Origin: Tubulanus polymorphus
Taxonomy: Eukaryota > Animalia > Nemertea
DNA length: 64,000 nucleotides
Direction: 5' to 3'
Assembly: GCF_964204645.1 (NCBI RefSeq)
Contig: NC_134025.1
Location: forward strand, 30,484,299-30,548,298
The translations under genes and the position numbers were made by a program. The notes under the pieces were generated by a model. The model worked only from the letters and a program-made list of their open reading frames with translations, made no database searches and was not told where the DNA came from. Each line of letters begins with the position of its first letter. Positions within the stretch are counted from its first letter, which is position 1. Positions 1 through 16,478 of the stretch are shown one piece after another.

Positions 1-63
1 ACACGCTGTGCCATTTTACAACACGGTAAACACAATGTTTACTTCATTTTCCATTCATTTCAG

Positions 64-907
64 TTGGTTGGAATCGGCAATTCTTGTTGTGGAAAAACAT
101 GTCTGATTAAGCATTTCTGTGAAAGTAAGGTCAGTTAGATTTGTTATTATAATTCTTTGTAGATTTTAAAATAATTTCATAGACAAATAACTGAAATGAT
201 TGAATGATTTTTGTTTAGTTCAATCAAGGCTATCAGCCGACAGTTGGTGTGGATTACGGTTTTAAAATACAAAATATCAAAGGATTAGATTGTAAGTATT
301 TTATATTTGTGAATAAAATAAGATGAAGGTTTTTAATCAATAAGATTTCAATAGATTGTATTGTATTTTCAGTGAGAGTTCACCTGTGGGATTTATCGGG
401 ACAGTCAGAATATCTCGATGTTAGGAATGAATTATATTCTCAAACTGATGCCGTATTTCTCGTTTTCGATATCACGAATCAAGCTTCATTCGAGAATCTC
501 GATCAGTGGTTGAGAGAAATAGTGAAATATGCGATGGGTCATGTCGCTCCGGAAATAGTAGTTGTCGGAAATAAAGTGAGTTTATTTCAAAATTTGACTA
601 GAGCAACAATGGCTGCAGTTGATGTTTTAAACGATTGAATTATTTTCAGGTCGATCTGAAATCTAAGCGAGTTGTTTCCCTGACTGAGGCCAAAAAATGG
701 GCATCATCTCATAAACTCCTGTAGGTCTTGCAGCACTTGTAAAATTATAGAATTTTAAATGATGCCAATTTATAACTAACGTTTCATCTTCTGTTTTTCA
801 GTTATTATGAAACGTCGGCTTTGACCGGGGAAGGAATTGAAAAGATGTTTCACGAACTTCTAGAACGGGTCATCAGTAAGAAACACAACATCAAAATACC
901 TAGTTAA
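64..907 (+). CDS. RJL/DNAJC27-type Rab-like small GTPase, 3' five exons (approx. 64-129, 219-291, 373-575, 650-720, 802-907); 5' end lies outside the window
   Basis: GT-AG splicing gives LVGIGNSCCGKT (P-loop), YQPTVGVDYG, WDLSGQ-SEYLDVRNELY, VGNKVD, YYETSA, then TAA at 905-907. The WDLSG..VRNE.Y signature resembles RJL/DNAJC27. No C-terminal Cys prenylation motif or J-domain follows. Confidence 0.8.
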
Positions 908-1314
908 ATTATATACACTATCATTCGATCCGTCCAAATATTATTTTCATTTTATACAAATAAGAAATTTTATTGTTTATCGAAAAATAAATTATATTTA
1001 ATTTTATTTCAATTTTCTAAATGTTTGTTTTTCTTGGTGGAATTTGCGAGGATCTCGAAGCGAGTCAAATGAAAATATGAGAAACTAATGAATTTGATGA
1101 AATGGGTTTTATTTAAGCGTACAAGACATTTAAAAAAAATTCTCCCGTGATTCCCCTACGATTCATCTCCGGTGATGATTGCGTTAATGCGGGTCCTGGT
1201 TCCAAAGTTCAATGTGGAAATTTGACTCATCGAGATGCGTAAGAGTTTAACTTGAATCAATGGAACTCGGTCCTTAAACTTGACAGTAGAGCTATGATTG
1301 GTGAGTTAACTACG

Positions 1315-1535
1315 GTATCTAGATACTGTGATCCATCACTCATAAATTCAGTGTATCCAGATACTGTGATCCATCACTCAAAAATCCAGTGTATCCAGAT
1401 ATTGTGATCCATCACTCAAAAATCCAGTGTATCCAGATATCACTCATAAATCCAGTGAATCCAGATACTGTGATTCATCACTCATAAATCCAGTGTATCC
1501 AGATACTGCGATCCATCACTCATAAATCCAGTGTA
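1315..1535. repeat. 38-bp minisatellite, ~6 copies, overlapping the NAE1 stop codon and 3' UTR
   Basis: Unit GTATCCAGATACTGTGATCCATCACTCATAAATCCAGT, read directly; one copy carries a deletion. Confidence 0.9.
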
Positions 1536-4500
1536 CACGAAGTCTGTTTCATCGCGTTGTAAATGAATGTATTTTTGATGGGTATAAATTGTTCTGTAAC
1601 TATTTTGATAACTTCCTGAGCAGCGACTCCTCCGATGAAAGCGGCGACGGAATGTAACTCAGACGCTCCATAACGACAACTGAAAAACAGAATAAACAAA
1701 CTACACTCTGATCTACAGTTGATTGTGCAAGTATTGTGAACTCAATACTTACATTTCATGGATGTAATCATCTTTGATATTAGGAGGCAGTCCCCATTCC
1801 TGCAGTACCTTATATACACATGACTGCAAAAAATGATTTTAGAAAAATTCAAATAGAAAACGAAATATTTAACTGACACTAGGTCTGAACAAGAACGTGT
1901 TTTTCTTACCTTTAGATTAGAAACATCAGTTTCCACTTGATCCTCGTAGTAACCAGGATATCTGTTATATTCCACGTGGAATCTATCCACACCTCTCATT
2001 AATACGTAAAATATACCATCGCTATTCTCGCAATCTTCCAGATGCATCGCTACAAATTTAATCACATTTTAGAGGATAAGGAACCCTCATTAGACGGATG
2101 ACAATTTCATATCATGAAATACTCACCAATATCCGCAACTTTAGCCAACTGTGGATTATGTTCTTCGGATAAAGGTCGGCACCTGACAACCCTCAGGAAA
2201 GCGGCGTTTTTACCTATAAATTCAGATCACAAAAACTCAATAGAAAATAAATACTTCACGTGTATTCATTCAAGTTTGTATAATTTTCTGTTCGTTTTGA
2301 CTTACAGAACATTTTAATGTAGTTTTCGGAAATTTGATCCAATGGCTAAAAAAGAAAATGATTCAAAAAGTAACGTCGTAAATAGATTGACAAATAACAT
2401 GCTTTTTTTGCAGGCAGCGAACAATCCAGCAATTAATTCAATTGAATGAGTTGATTTTATATGTTTCAACCTATCGTTGATGAGAGGCGGATCCAGACTG
2501 TAATGCAGGTGTACTACAGCGACGAGATATTAATAGATCACTAGAATAGAATAGACTATAGTTGCCACGTCTTCTGCCAATGAAAAAATCCAGGAAATGT
2601 TTTTGTAACAAAGAAGCGAGCACGAAGATTGGTGCAAAGCCATGAAGGGGGGTTTGGGGAAAACTTTCAAATTTCCAAGAAAATTTTCTAATTTGAATCC
2701 CTATAACAGCATCTGAGGCTATGAAAAAGCCAACCATCATAAAGAAATTCGTGGAAAGCCACTGAATGCTGGCTAAATTTCATTTTTGCCATTTTTGGTT
2801 GGAAAGGTCCTTTTTTCAGTTGGTACTTCGATCGCATGTCAGACCTGGATCCGCCCCAGTTGATTTTAGGAAAAGTGTCGCACACAGCAGGAAAGAGAGA
2901 GCAATTAGTAATTCATGCACGTATGAATTATCAAATAAATCAGAGGCCACATCGTTATATGCAAAAACAACAGACATGAGGTTAAAATCAGAACACGAAC
3001 AGATGAAGTTAAAAATGTACGAATTACTCTTTTAAACAAATACCAAATCAGCATCCGCGACAAGAGCTCACTGGTACGAACAGTTTCAGGGCTGCATTTA
3101 AATGTAATCTCAAATATATTCAATCTATATCAGGAGCTAAATGACAGTATGGGATGTATTTGTGTGTGTGTGTGGAGGATGCTGAATCAACCAGAGGAAG
3201 CAACAAACCGAAAAGCTAATTCGGAATTAGTATCGGAACAAAATTCAAATTTACGATTGTTAAAGTTGAGTCTGTCGATTGAAAATCCTAAAAACAAGAG
3301 ATAATATAAAGAGAAGTAGATAGAGATAGAGAGGAGTCCTGAGTTTAGCAAGTGCCATTTGAATATTACCTTTCCAATTCGAAGTAAAATATGATGAACT
3401 TTATCGGTTACAATGGCGGCTTCTTGAGCGGCTTGACACCGATAAACTCCCTGTAACTGAACGTAGCGCTCAGAGTCAGCAGTCATATCAGGAATAGATC
3501 CACGTAACGGTAAGGCTCCTTCACCTGAATTATTCATTTAAATCATATTCAATTCAATTATCAACTCAACCATCGATTCATCTATCACAAAACGATCAAA
3601 TTCATACCTTCTTTTTCTACAAATTCTTTAATAGCTCGTGCAACAATCCAAAATGGCGAACTCTATAGAATAGATATACAGTGAATTATAATATATAGAA
3701 ACTCCTTAATATTTCCGATACAATTTGATTTTACTTACATCAGGATGGATGTTCGAACACGATTCATCATTGAAAACTTGTTTTACTTCATCAGGAATCT
3801 GAAATATCACAGATCCATAGTTCTCAGTTCCACACGTTTCACTAAAGAGTTAGAACTAGTTCATTTCCAATGATTTAGCAAATTTTCAAACCAAGAACTG
3901 ACTCTAAGTCCTGATTCTATAATCCTCCGTTAAGATCTGAATAACGAGTTAAAAGATTGAAAACGAACTAATTTTAATATTAGGGAGTCAAACTTAAGAC
4001 AGCTGTGCGACCAGCTCCAGATTTTGTAGAAATGGAACAAGCTCCAGATTTGTAGAAGTTTCACTATTATTTAGAGAACTATGAATGGTAATTTGTACCT
4101 TAGTTGAAACTAGAGCCGTATTAACAGCTTTTATCGCTTCATCCCAATTTTCTTCCTCTTCTTCAACTCCGTATTCATTACGTAATTTACCATTGTGTAA
4201 TAGTTCTTTAAATGCTGTTTTCTCTCGATAATTCTGTGGAGCTCGTCCTCCGTGCTACGGAAGAAAACAAATGAATTCACGAAAAAACCACGCAGATCCG
4301 ACCTACCGTCCAAACTAATAGAAACAAATTTACCTCATTTTTCCATTTATTCAAATATTGGTAGAGTATGACTAACCAAGGCGTGTGGCTGTGATCCTGA
4401 AAATAGTTAACAGCAATCATTGATGAGTGGATATGATAGAATAGTTTAAATGATTTATATTTGTGTAAAGTTTTTCGTACCTTCTTCGACATGGATTCTA

Positions 4501-6374
4501 AATTTTGTGAGCAGCAGTAATCGACTAATCCTGGAAACGGTCGATCTAGACGTAAATCTTCAAATGCACTGTCAGGATGTGATTCAATTACTAGAAAAAT
4601 AACATTACAACCATTTGATAACCAAAGGAATAGATTCACTGCGTTTAACTGCATCTGCGTCAACAGTTTGAACTAGCCTATAGTCTAGGCATGGAAACAT
4701 ATTGTTAAACTTTCAAATCATGGAGTCTCTTTTCTCTCATGAACCCCTTTCAATAAAGACTTTTTGGATATCCTTCAATACAGTTTAAAGTGGATTAAAA
4801 AACAATGTTTAAGGTCGACTGCCTGCCCTTTCTGGTCCTACTAAGACCTTTATCAGGTATGTACTACTAAAAATGAGTGAGCTAGGCCACCCGGAATGCT
4901 CTCAAGTCAGGTTGAAATAGACATTAGTACCTAGTCGTCGTTCTACAAACAACGGTTGTAGGTAACCGGTAACAACGACTGGTATTCAGACTAAAACTGG
5001 TTCATAATTTCATTCAAACTTTACTTTAAACTACGTTAACTAAATCTTCATTCTTTACCTGTGTGTTCTTTAACTGCTAATCTCAAATAACCAATCATAC
5101 CGTACGATCTACACACTAACAGCGGTATATTGTGATCCCATAGATAATTTGCTAGCGATAACAAAGTTCTGAAAAATAGACATCGTTGTATTAATACGAT
5201 ACCGATATGAGCTGAATGACGCGAGAACGCGTCTGGAATAGATTCTTACTTTTCAGCAAGGTCGGTCGCAATCACGCAACTAAACGTTAGAAAGAAATCA
5301 GGATTGTCCAATTTCTCCAGCAGTTGTTCAACACTCTGAAATAATATAGAAACTTGGTACGTTTTAACTCAGTCCTTATCAAGTAATTTGTTTCACTTAA
5401 AAGTCATCTGTATCTTTTTTAATCCCAATTTATATCTCCAGTTACTATTAAGTCATCGATGTAATGACAGTTTAACAGTATGAAAGTCTGCAGTTTTCAG
5501 ATTCTGCTCAATTTCTCGATTCTCTCGTGAATATAGTTTCAGAGTACGTTGTTTACCTCTTCTACAAAATCTCCGCTCACATCTTCATTTAATTCTTGTA
5601 AATTCGTCATGGCAACTTGAGCTCGAGACTGAAATCAACGATACATGTACACGTACATTATTAATACAACTTATATCCAACAATGTACAGTTTAGATGTT
5701 AAAACTTACTTTTCCGATGCTATCTTTATCCAAAAAGAAACTGAAATAAAAATTTTCAGATATGTTTCTACTTTACATTAAAACTATATACTCAAGCATT
5801 GATAGACCTAAAGCCCATTCAACTGAACTCAATCATCTAGAATCAGGTCTACATCACGTATAGGATCCGTGTGTACAGGGACCGTCTATACTTACTTATT
5901 GCCTACATCTTCCCCTGTTATCTTGTGTCCATCGACGATTGTAAAAGCTCCAATACCTTGACAAAATCATAAATACTTATCATTAAAACTTGCCGATAAT
6001 AGCGAAAACTGCGTACATGAGAAAATGAAAATAGGCTATATAATTGGCTAACTGCCGTACCTGGTAGAATCAAATTTTTCAGAATCTCGGTTCCAGTTGC
6101 TGATGCGTTAATTAAACAAACTCGAGCCTGTTCTAATGCAGCCTGTCCATGATCACCCCATAATCTATCAGCGAATGAAAAAAAATCATTTTCAAAATCA
6201 TTTAATTGATGATCAGATAGACAAAAAATATTCCAAATTGTTTGACTTTTAAAATCAATACTGGCACTTAGCTGCTTACAGAGATCATTAAATGAATCAC
6301 AGAGAATTAATTTACCTCAATTGTCTGTCGTATTTATTGTTTTTATCCAACCCACTCTTTTTCACTTGGGACAT
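1520..6374 (-). CDS. NAE1: NEDD8-activating enzyme E1 regulatory subunit (APPBP1), multi-exon
   Basis: Spliced translation gives [129 protein letters not shown] and ends TLDL-TGA at 1520-1522. Confidence 0.95.
2484..2857. mobile_element. Non-autonomous DNA transposon (Harbinger-like MITE) in an NAE1 intron
   Basis: Inverted ends GAGGCGGATCCAG ... CTGGATCCGCCCC with a non-coding interior. No clean TSD seen. Confidence 0.5.
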
Positions 6375-6503
6375 TTTGAAGAAACCACCAGTGAAAAACC
6401 GGCAATAAAACTGAATTGACAGCTGAAGGGGTTAGTACTCGATGCAAACCGGTGTGGGATGATTGATTCAGCGCTTCACCAATAGACGGTGCTTCGCGTC
6501 AAA
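6375..6503. promoter_or_regulatory. Compact bidirectional promoter and 5' UTRs shared by NAE1 and RRP15
   Basis: Divergent ATGs at 6374 (-) and 6504 (+) are separated by only 129 bp. Contains CCAAT (6479-6483) and an E2F-like TTCGCGTC. Confidence 0.65.
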
Positions 6504-7856
6504 ATGTCCTCTCACGTTTCGGTACAGCAACTTGAAAATGAAGAGGAAGATGACGATATTGTAGATGACGCTGATATGTTGTCAGATGAGAGTGGAGATG
6601 TTGCTAGTGGTTTGTTTTTATTTTGCTATTTATTTCGAGTTTATTTCAGTTTTTCATCTTAAATTCATTGATTCAATTACTTGGACGCACTAATTACCGT
6701 ACGAAAACGTCCGAATTTTTTTACAGATGAGGATGAAAGTAGCGGTGTAGAGGGTGATGACGATGAATTCGGCCTTCCATCTAGCGATGAAGGGGAGAAT
6801 GAAGATGAATCGAGGGAACCGTCTGCTGGTGGTGATACGACCGGGAAGAAAGCGATGGCTGACGTTTTATCTAAAATCTTGAATAAATCAGCGCCAAAGA
6901 AAAGTACGATTTTATCAAAAGGAGAAACCGACAGAGAGCGGACGAAAAAGAAACAAGCGAAAGAATCTGACGGCGTTGAAATAATTACTGCTGAAAGTCA
7001 AACAAAGGTACGAATTGATAATGACGAGTTCTGTCATGTGTATCACCAGATGGCATGTCACAAGCTAGCGCCTCTTGGTAGACCCTAAATTGCTGCAGTC
7101 GACTACATGTTCCTCATCTATATTTTCAGCGTTCAATGTGGGAAAAAATGGGTCGAAAAAAACCAGATATAACAAAACGTGAACATGAAAGAAATTTACA
7201 GAGAATTGCTACGCGGTAAAAATCGGTTTAAAACCGTGCGATTTTAAACATTTATTCTGGTAGTAATTATTTGAACGTATGAATTTCTAGGGGAATCGTA
7301 CAGTTATTCAACGCTGTTAAGAAACAACAGAAATTAGTGGAAGAAAAACTAAGCGATGCTGGACCTTTAGAACATCGTAAAGACAAGGCAATGAAAGCTA
7401 TCACGAAAGGGGCATTTTTAGACGTGCTCAGAGGAACTGAAGTTAGAACTGTGAAGGTGATTACAATGAAACTCTCTTTAAGTCATAGCTGAAACTTTTA
7501 TCCAATTGATGACTTATACTAAGTAAATTGAATTAGGGATTACTCCAGTAATCATGGGATAACTTTTCCAATGATAACTAACTATAATGATAATTATTTA
7601 TTCATTTAACCTATTCTATGTAAACCTTGCCTACCTCTTGAGAACAATTCTTTTTTCAATTTCCTTTCTTTGCCTAGACAAGGTTGACTGAGTGTATGAA
7701 TTTATTTCTACATTATTTTAATGATTGATTTTTTTTTTCAAGGATGTTGAGAAGGAAAGTCAAGAACCGTCGTGGAAAATTCTTCGCGATGATTTTATGA
7801 TGGGCGCTAAAATGAAAGACTGGGATAAAGACAGTGATGAGGGCGATGACACGTAG
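6504..7856 (+). CDS. RRP15: RRP15-like ribosome biogenesis protein, 5 exons
   Basis: Acidic N-terminus, AMADVLSKILNK, ERNLQRIATR-GIVQLFNAVKKQQ, SWKILRDDFMMGAKMKDWD, TAG at 7854-7856; GT-AG introns. Confidence 0.92.
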
Positions 7857-8569
7857 CATAAGAAAACATTTGATAAAACTGTCTAAAATAACCATGGTGT
7901 GTTTGAATTACTGGAAACAGTCCAAACTTAACCCCCCGAATTCTGAGTCTTGCAACTTAAAAAAGAGAAGTCTCTACCCTTCTGTCAGCCCCTAGGCTAA
8001 TATATCCACAGAGTGGTGTATTATTGTAAATAAATATATAATACATGTGTAAATATTGAGTTCCGTTGTATATGAATGATTTTCTTCATCAAGCACAATG
8101 GGCTGATGTGGATGTCTGCAGGTTTACCCGTGTTGAAAGATGGCATGGAGTACTCGCCTTGTCATTAGAGTTCATGTATGATACTGGTGGTGATATGTTA
8201 AGGGGCAGCACGTTTGTGTCACTGATCGATTTTCTGGCATACGAAATTATTTTTAGAAACAAAAAATGTATATCAAAATAGAAAATAAATGGATTTAAGA
8301 ATGATTAGATTCAGAGCTGACGGAGAGGCCACTTTTAGTGCTTTCCCACCTTTGAATTTTTCATCTAATTATTTTTTCTTGTACTGTATTGTAAATATTT
8401 CGTTTAGGAAGACGAAACGCGATGGTCAAAGATGCTTCAGTGTTATCAAAAACGTTTGTTTAAAGAATGTGAAAATAGCAGGACGGCAACCGCCGGCAAC
8501 TACCCGTCAGAGGCCACAACCGTCTACAGATGCGTTTATTCAAAGTCCGATTCCGTGATCTACTCTTTA

Positions 8570-8600
8570 CTTCTTCATTTCCGGTTTACTTCCGGGTCGT
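8570..8600 (+). promoter_or_regulatory. Tandem ETS-type TTCCGG motifs, likely GCC1 core promoter
   Basis: ATTTCCGGTTTACTTCCGGG lies upstream of a donor-like AAG|GTAAAT (~8654) and the GCC1 ATG. Confidence 0.4.
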
Positions 8601-9067
8601 AATAAATGGACCAAATCAATTAATTAATCGTTTAATTAGTAGCTTTCAATAAAGGTAAATCTCTTCTCAGGTGCACAGGATAATTGTACGACTATACATT
8701 AAACTTGTTGGTGTTGTGTTTTGCCCACCATTTTTGAGATTGTCGGGAATGGAACGACGATGATTTTGTTGAAATTTGTGTGCTTTTTTGACAGCTGACA
8801 CTGACAGCTGTTGTCTTTGTTGATATTTTTAATGACAGTTTTATCGTACGTCACAGGCACAGTAAGCAGGGGCTCGTCGATTTCCAAGCAGTTGCTGGGA
8901 TACTGAATCCAAGCTACATCACAACTATTACCTCAACAGTCACATCCTTATCCTGACCTATGAGAATACGGCCAATGCACTGCCTGCTGCTGCTTCTGAT
9001 AATTAATCTGTGATTTAAAGATTATTGATTTTCTGTGTATTTTGTTGCATTGAAGTGTAACCTGACG

Positions 9068-12000
9068 ATGGATCGAGTGACAAGATCTGAATTATTAAAA
9101 ACAGTCGATTCTCAGAAAGATCAACTTCAACGTTACGAAAAACGATTGAGAGGTATATTTTAAATTCATCCTCGTAACTGATTTAATTATTGTCTAAGAC
9201 GATTATTAGTTTAAATACTTTAAGACTTGACGCTTATTTGTAATTACACTGAATAATTTACAGATGTTGTCGTCGCTTATAAAAGTTTGACCAAAGAAAA
9301 AGAAGCGTTAGAAACAAGTTTGAAGGCTCTATCGACAACAACTACAACGCACGCTGAATCTGAGGATAGTGCAACTACTGCACCACCAGGTGGCTCTGAT
9401 CCACTCAATGCTACAGATCAGGTATAGTTATAAATAGTTTTTAATCAGTGGTTTCAAATTCTATCACAGTTTTGTATTCTAAGTGTTTGGTTTTTTTGCA
9501 GGCGTCCGTTGAAAATGACGTCTCGCAGACGGAAGTTTTAAAACTGAAAGAACAATTAGCGACGCTTACAAACGCGATGACGACGTTGAACCAGGAGAAA
9601 TCAAAGATGGATTCCACCTATCAGGCCGAGAAAAAACAACTTAGGGTCAGTGAAATTTTCATGAAATCAGGCCAAAAATTGAAACCTTGTTTTTCCTTTC
9701 GAGGGCAGGGCTGCATTTGTTACTTGATTCTAAAAGTGGTCTTAATTAAATCTTTTGAGACTGGTCTTGAGTTGTTTGATTGGCTATAGAACTAACATGA
9801 AATTTCAGCGGTTGGGAAAATGAGCGACAATTTATCCTTTTTGGGCCTTAACTCTGATCGGCGTTGTTTTAAGATTTATGTTTGTGATATCAAATTTCAG
9901 CAAAGTTTTCAAGAGAAATTGAAAAAACTCGAGGAAGAGAAGACAAACTCGGAAGGAATCGCGCAAGAATTTCAAGAGCAGGTTTTAGAGGTGATAAACT
10001 ATTTCATTTGCATTTTGTCCGGATCCTCGAACAGATCTGATATTTTTAATTTTTTCGTAGTTAAAAGCGAAGCTGAGAACTCAACAATACGAACGTGAGA
10101 AAGAACAGAACGATCATGCGGTTATGTTGAAAGAAATCCAGAAAAAATTATCAGAAGAAAGAATTCTTAAAGAAATGGTTGAACATCAGGTGAGGATCTG
10201 TTCCATAGTCACCCCTCCCCCGGGTATCACTTCGGGAAATAGATAAACTCAATCATTTTCTAATTGTTTCTATTTAGTTGGAAGAGACTCGACAAAAACT
10301 ATTTGAAAAAGAAAGCGCCAAAGAAATCACTGATAGATACGAGAAAAAAATATCAAACATGGCTGAAGAGCTGGAAGCTGTAAGACTCACGCTGAAATCC
10401 TCGCAGCAAAAAGCAAATGAACCTTCACCATTACTGTTACAGTTACAGAAAGAAATGGCTGAAATGAAGGTAATTATTCCAGATATACCTGGTAGTTGAA
10501 ATCTATCAATCTGCAGCCTTGACCCGGCGCACCCCATCAGATATCAAAAATGTATAATCACTTTTATTCCACAATTTTTTATCGTCCGCAAATCCAAGTG
10601 TTTTGAATTGGAAATGAACACCAGACATTAGAGTTTTCATCAGCACACACAAAGTTATCATCCACATTTCACAACAACAAAGTAGTTAGTTCCAGGTTAC
10701 TTACTGACTCAGAGCTGTATCGATTCAGTTAATATCATGGATGAATTCTGTTTCAGGCTCAACATCGAATACAAGTACAAGATGAACAGATGCGGAGACA
10801 AGAAGCAGAAGACAGAGTCGGGGATTTGAGTGAACAGAATGAAGAAAGAGTTTCCGGATTGGAAGCAAAATTATCTGAACTTTCAGAAGTGGTCGGAAAA
10901 TATGAGAGATTGAGATATACGGACCAAGCGGCGATTCAGAAACTCAGGTAGTTTCATTATTATCACTGTTAAACTTATGAGAAAAAAATACGATGGAAAG
11001 AAAAACTATGAAAGTTATTTTCATTTTTACAACTCATGTATTACTGGTTTCGTAATGAATCAGTTTCGGAAATGCAACGTAGAAATTGAGTTGAAATATG
11101 ATTTTCTTATGATGTTAGACCTACAGACATGTCGGTTGTCTTTACGAAAACTAACCTTCAAATATTGTTGAATATTTTCAGGGAACGAGTGACGCAGTTA
11201 GATTTAGAGAACACGGCTTTAGCACGAGTTGCGCACGGTAAAAATTCCGATGAAAAGGACACGAACGATGAAGGAGATGATGACAACCTCGACGTTCAAT
11301 CTTTACTCGATAAAATGACGAAACTAAAAGGACTTCTCAAACTAGCGAATCAGCGATCAGAACGACCTATCAATATAGACGGTAAGTTTAACCCTTGAAC
11401 GCCCCCTAGTGAGTTTAAGTGAATGTAAGACATGATCTGATATACATGTATTGTTTACCTACGTAATGAACGCCCCCTAGCGAGTGTAGGTAATATTATG
11501 TGTATTTATTTCAGAATTACTACAACCAGCGCCGAGTATTGAAGATGATAACACAACTCATAAACGCTGTCAAGAGGAATTATCACAATTGAAAGAGGAA
11601 TTCGAAAGATATAAATTAAGAGCTCAATCTGTGCTGAAGAACAAATCTATCAAGGTGAATGAAGCAATCTATAACAATCAGCAAAATACACTAGTAGACT
11701 GGGTCACTGCACTTAATTCAGATCTTATTAGAGGGTGATACTTTGAACTTGAAAATATAAGTTGAGTCAAAGGGATGTCTCTGAGTTAATCCAATCCAAA
11801 TTGAGGCTTGTATATCCATTTCTTATTCAATGATCAAACTAATTCATTTGAGATCCGAATCATTAAACTGAATTCTAAATTCTGACTGATTTCTAGGATT
11901 CGACGTCGAAGGAAATTGAAAGTTTAAAACATCAACTGTCGGACGTTAAAGACCGTCTGAAAACAACGTACGTACAACACGAGGAATCGGAGAATCAACA

Positions 12001-12712
12001 TAAATCGATCGTAGCCGATTTACGAAAAACGATCACGTGTTTAAAACAGCAACAAGACGAGAAATTACAGACGGCGAATTTGGAATACGAGAAACGAGCC
12101 TCGGAATTAGAACTACAACTTCATAAACATAGAGATCGTACGATAGCTTTATTAGCCGAGAAAGATCGCGAGATCGAGTTATTAAAAATGAGTAGTCCGA
12201 CTCATAAAGCACCGCTGGATCACCGCAGTATGGCGGAACTGAGCGTAGAGAAGAGACAGGACGATACGGACAATCAATCCGTCTCCGATATGATTCGTCA
12301 CATGACCGTTTCATCGTCCAATCAGAACGATACGGTCATGTTACATTTCGCGCACGAACAAGCGCGAAAAGACGTCGAAATCAACGCGCTACGAAAACAG
12401 AAACACGACGCGGAAACGGCGATCAGAGAATTACAACAATCAATGATCGGTAAAGCGGAGGATTACAACGAACAAATCGATAGTTTAAAAGAGGACGTGC
12501 GACGATTAGAGAGAAATAAATCGAGAGAAAGCGCGAATTTAGAATATCTGAAAAATGTCGTTTATAAATTCATGATTTCGAACGATAGTCATTGTAAACA
12601 ACAGATGTTGAACGCGATTTCAACGATTTTAGAATTTAGTCCGAAAGAGAAACATAACGTAGAACATTATATGAACAGCTGGTGGGGGTATACACCTGAT
12701 AAAAACAAATAA
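9068..12712 (+). CDS. GCC1: GRIP and coiled-coil domain golgin (GCC88), multi-exon
   Basis: MDRVTRSELLKTVDSQKDQLQRYEKRLR-DVVVAYKSLTKEKEALE, QLKEEFERYKLRAQSVLK, C-terminal GRIP domain ANLEYLKNVVYKF...MLNAISTILEFSPKEK, TAA at 12710-12712. Confidence 0.92.
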
Positions 12713-12717
12713 TCATA

Positions 12718-13151
12718 CAGTAGACTATACCTTACTCGGTATCGGTCAATTACTGAATTTACTCTAACTACTCGGTGCATACAGCATTCCCAACACTACC
12801 GAGTTCCCTGATTCTCATCTCGGTGAAATATTTACAGCAGTCTCAACGCTACCGAGTTCCCTGATTCTCATCTCGGTGAAATATTTACAGCAGTCTCAAC
12901 ACTTAACGAGTTCCCTGATTCTCATCTCGGTGAAATATTTACAGCAGTCTCAACGCTACCGAGTTCCCCGATTCTCAACTCGGTGAAATATTTACAGCAG
13001 TCCCAACACTACCGAGTTCCCTGATTCTCATCTCGGTGAAATATTTACAGCAGTCTCAACACTTAACGAGTTCCCTGATTCTCAAATCGGTGAAATATTT
13101 ACAGCAGTCTCAATGCTACCGAGTTCCAACTGAGTAAGGTGCAGTTTACTG
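12718..13151. mobile_element. Tc1/pogo-type MITE with an internal 53-bp tandem array (~6.5 copies) in the GCC1 3' UTR
   Basis: TA|CAGTAGACTATACCTTACTCGGT ... ACTGAGTAAGGTGCAGTTTACTG|TA gives 23-bp TIRs with 4 mismatches and a TA TSD. Internal unit is CCGAGTTCCCTGATTCTCATCTCGGTGAAATATTTACAGCAGTCTCAACGCTA. Confidence 0.8.
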
Positions 13152-13509
13152 TATTCGCTGTTCAGAAATGGACAACGAATTTATTCTGTATTAAATACAA
13201 TGTTTTTCTGGCCAGTAATTTTAAATATACAATTGTTAATTGTTTCTAGTCAATAACCAGGACTCCGCCGACCTTCATAAACTGTTTAAATTGATTCTTG
13301 TTAAACGTGTCTTCCATTAATCATTCTGTATGTGTTGTGGGTATATGGGGTGGTAGTGTGCTATATCTCCTAAAGAGGGAGTCGTATTCGGGGTGGTGTT
13401 TTATGTATAACCTCTGTAACCTCTGATAAGAGAAGAGAAATAAATCTATTCCATGTTAACAATAAATATTTCATTTAGAAAAGAATAATAACATTGTTAT
13501 TTAATGATC

Positions 13510-16366
<2,857 letters not shown>

Positions 16367-16478
16367 TGATTCACACTCTCAGCTTACTCTTCTAGTTAGG
16401 GCTACACCTGAAGTTCAGACGTTCTAGAAAATAATCATAAACATCATTGTTAACATTGCGCTGCAAGTAGACTGACTA

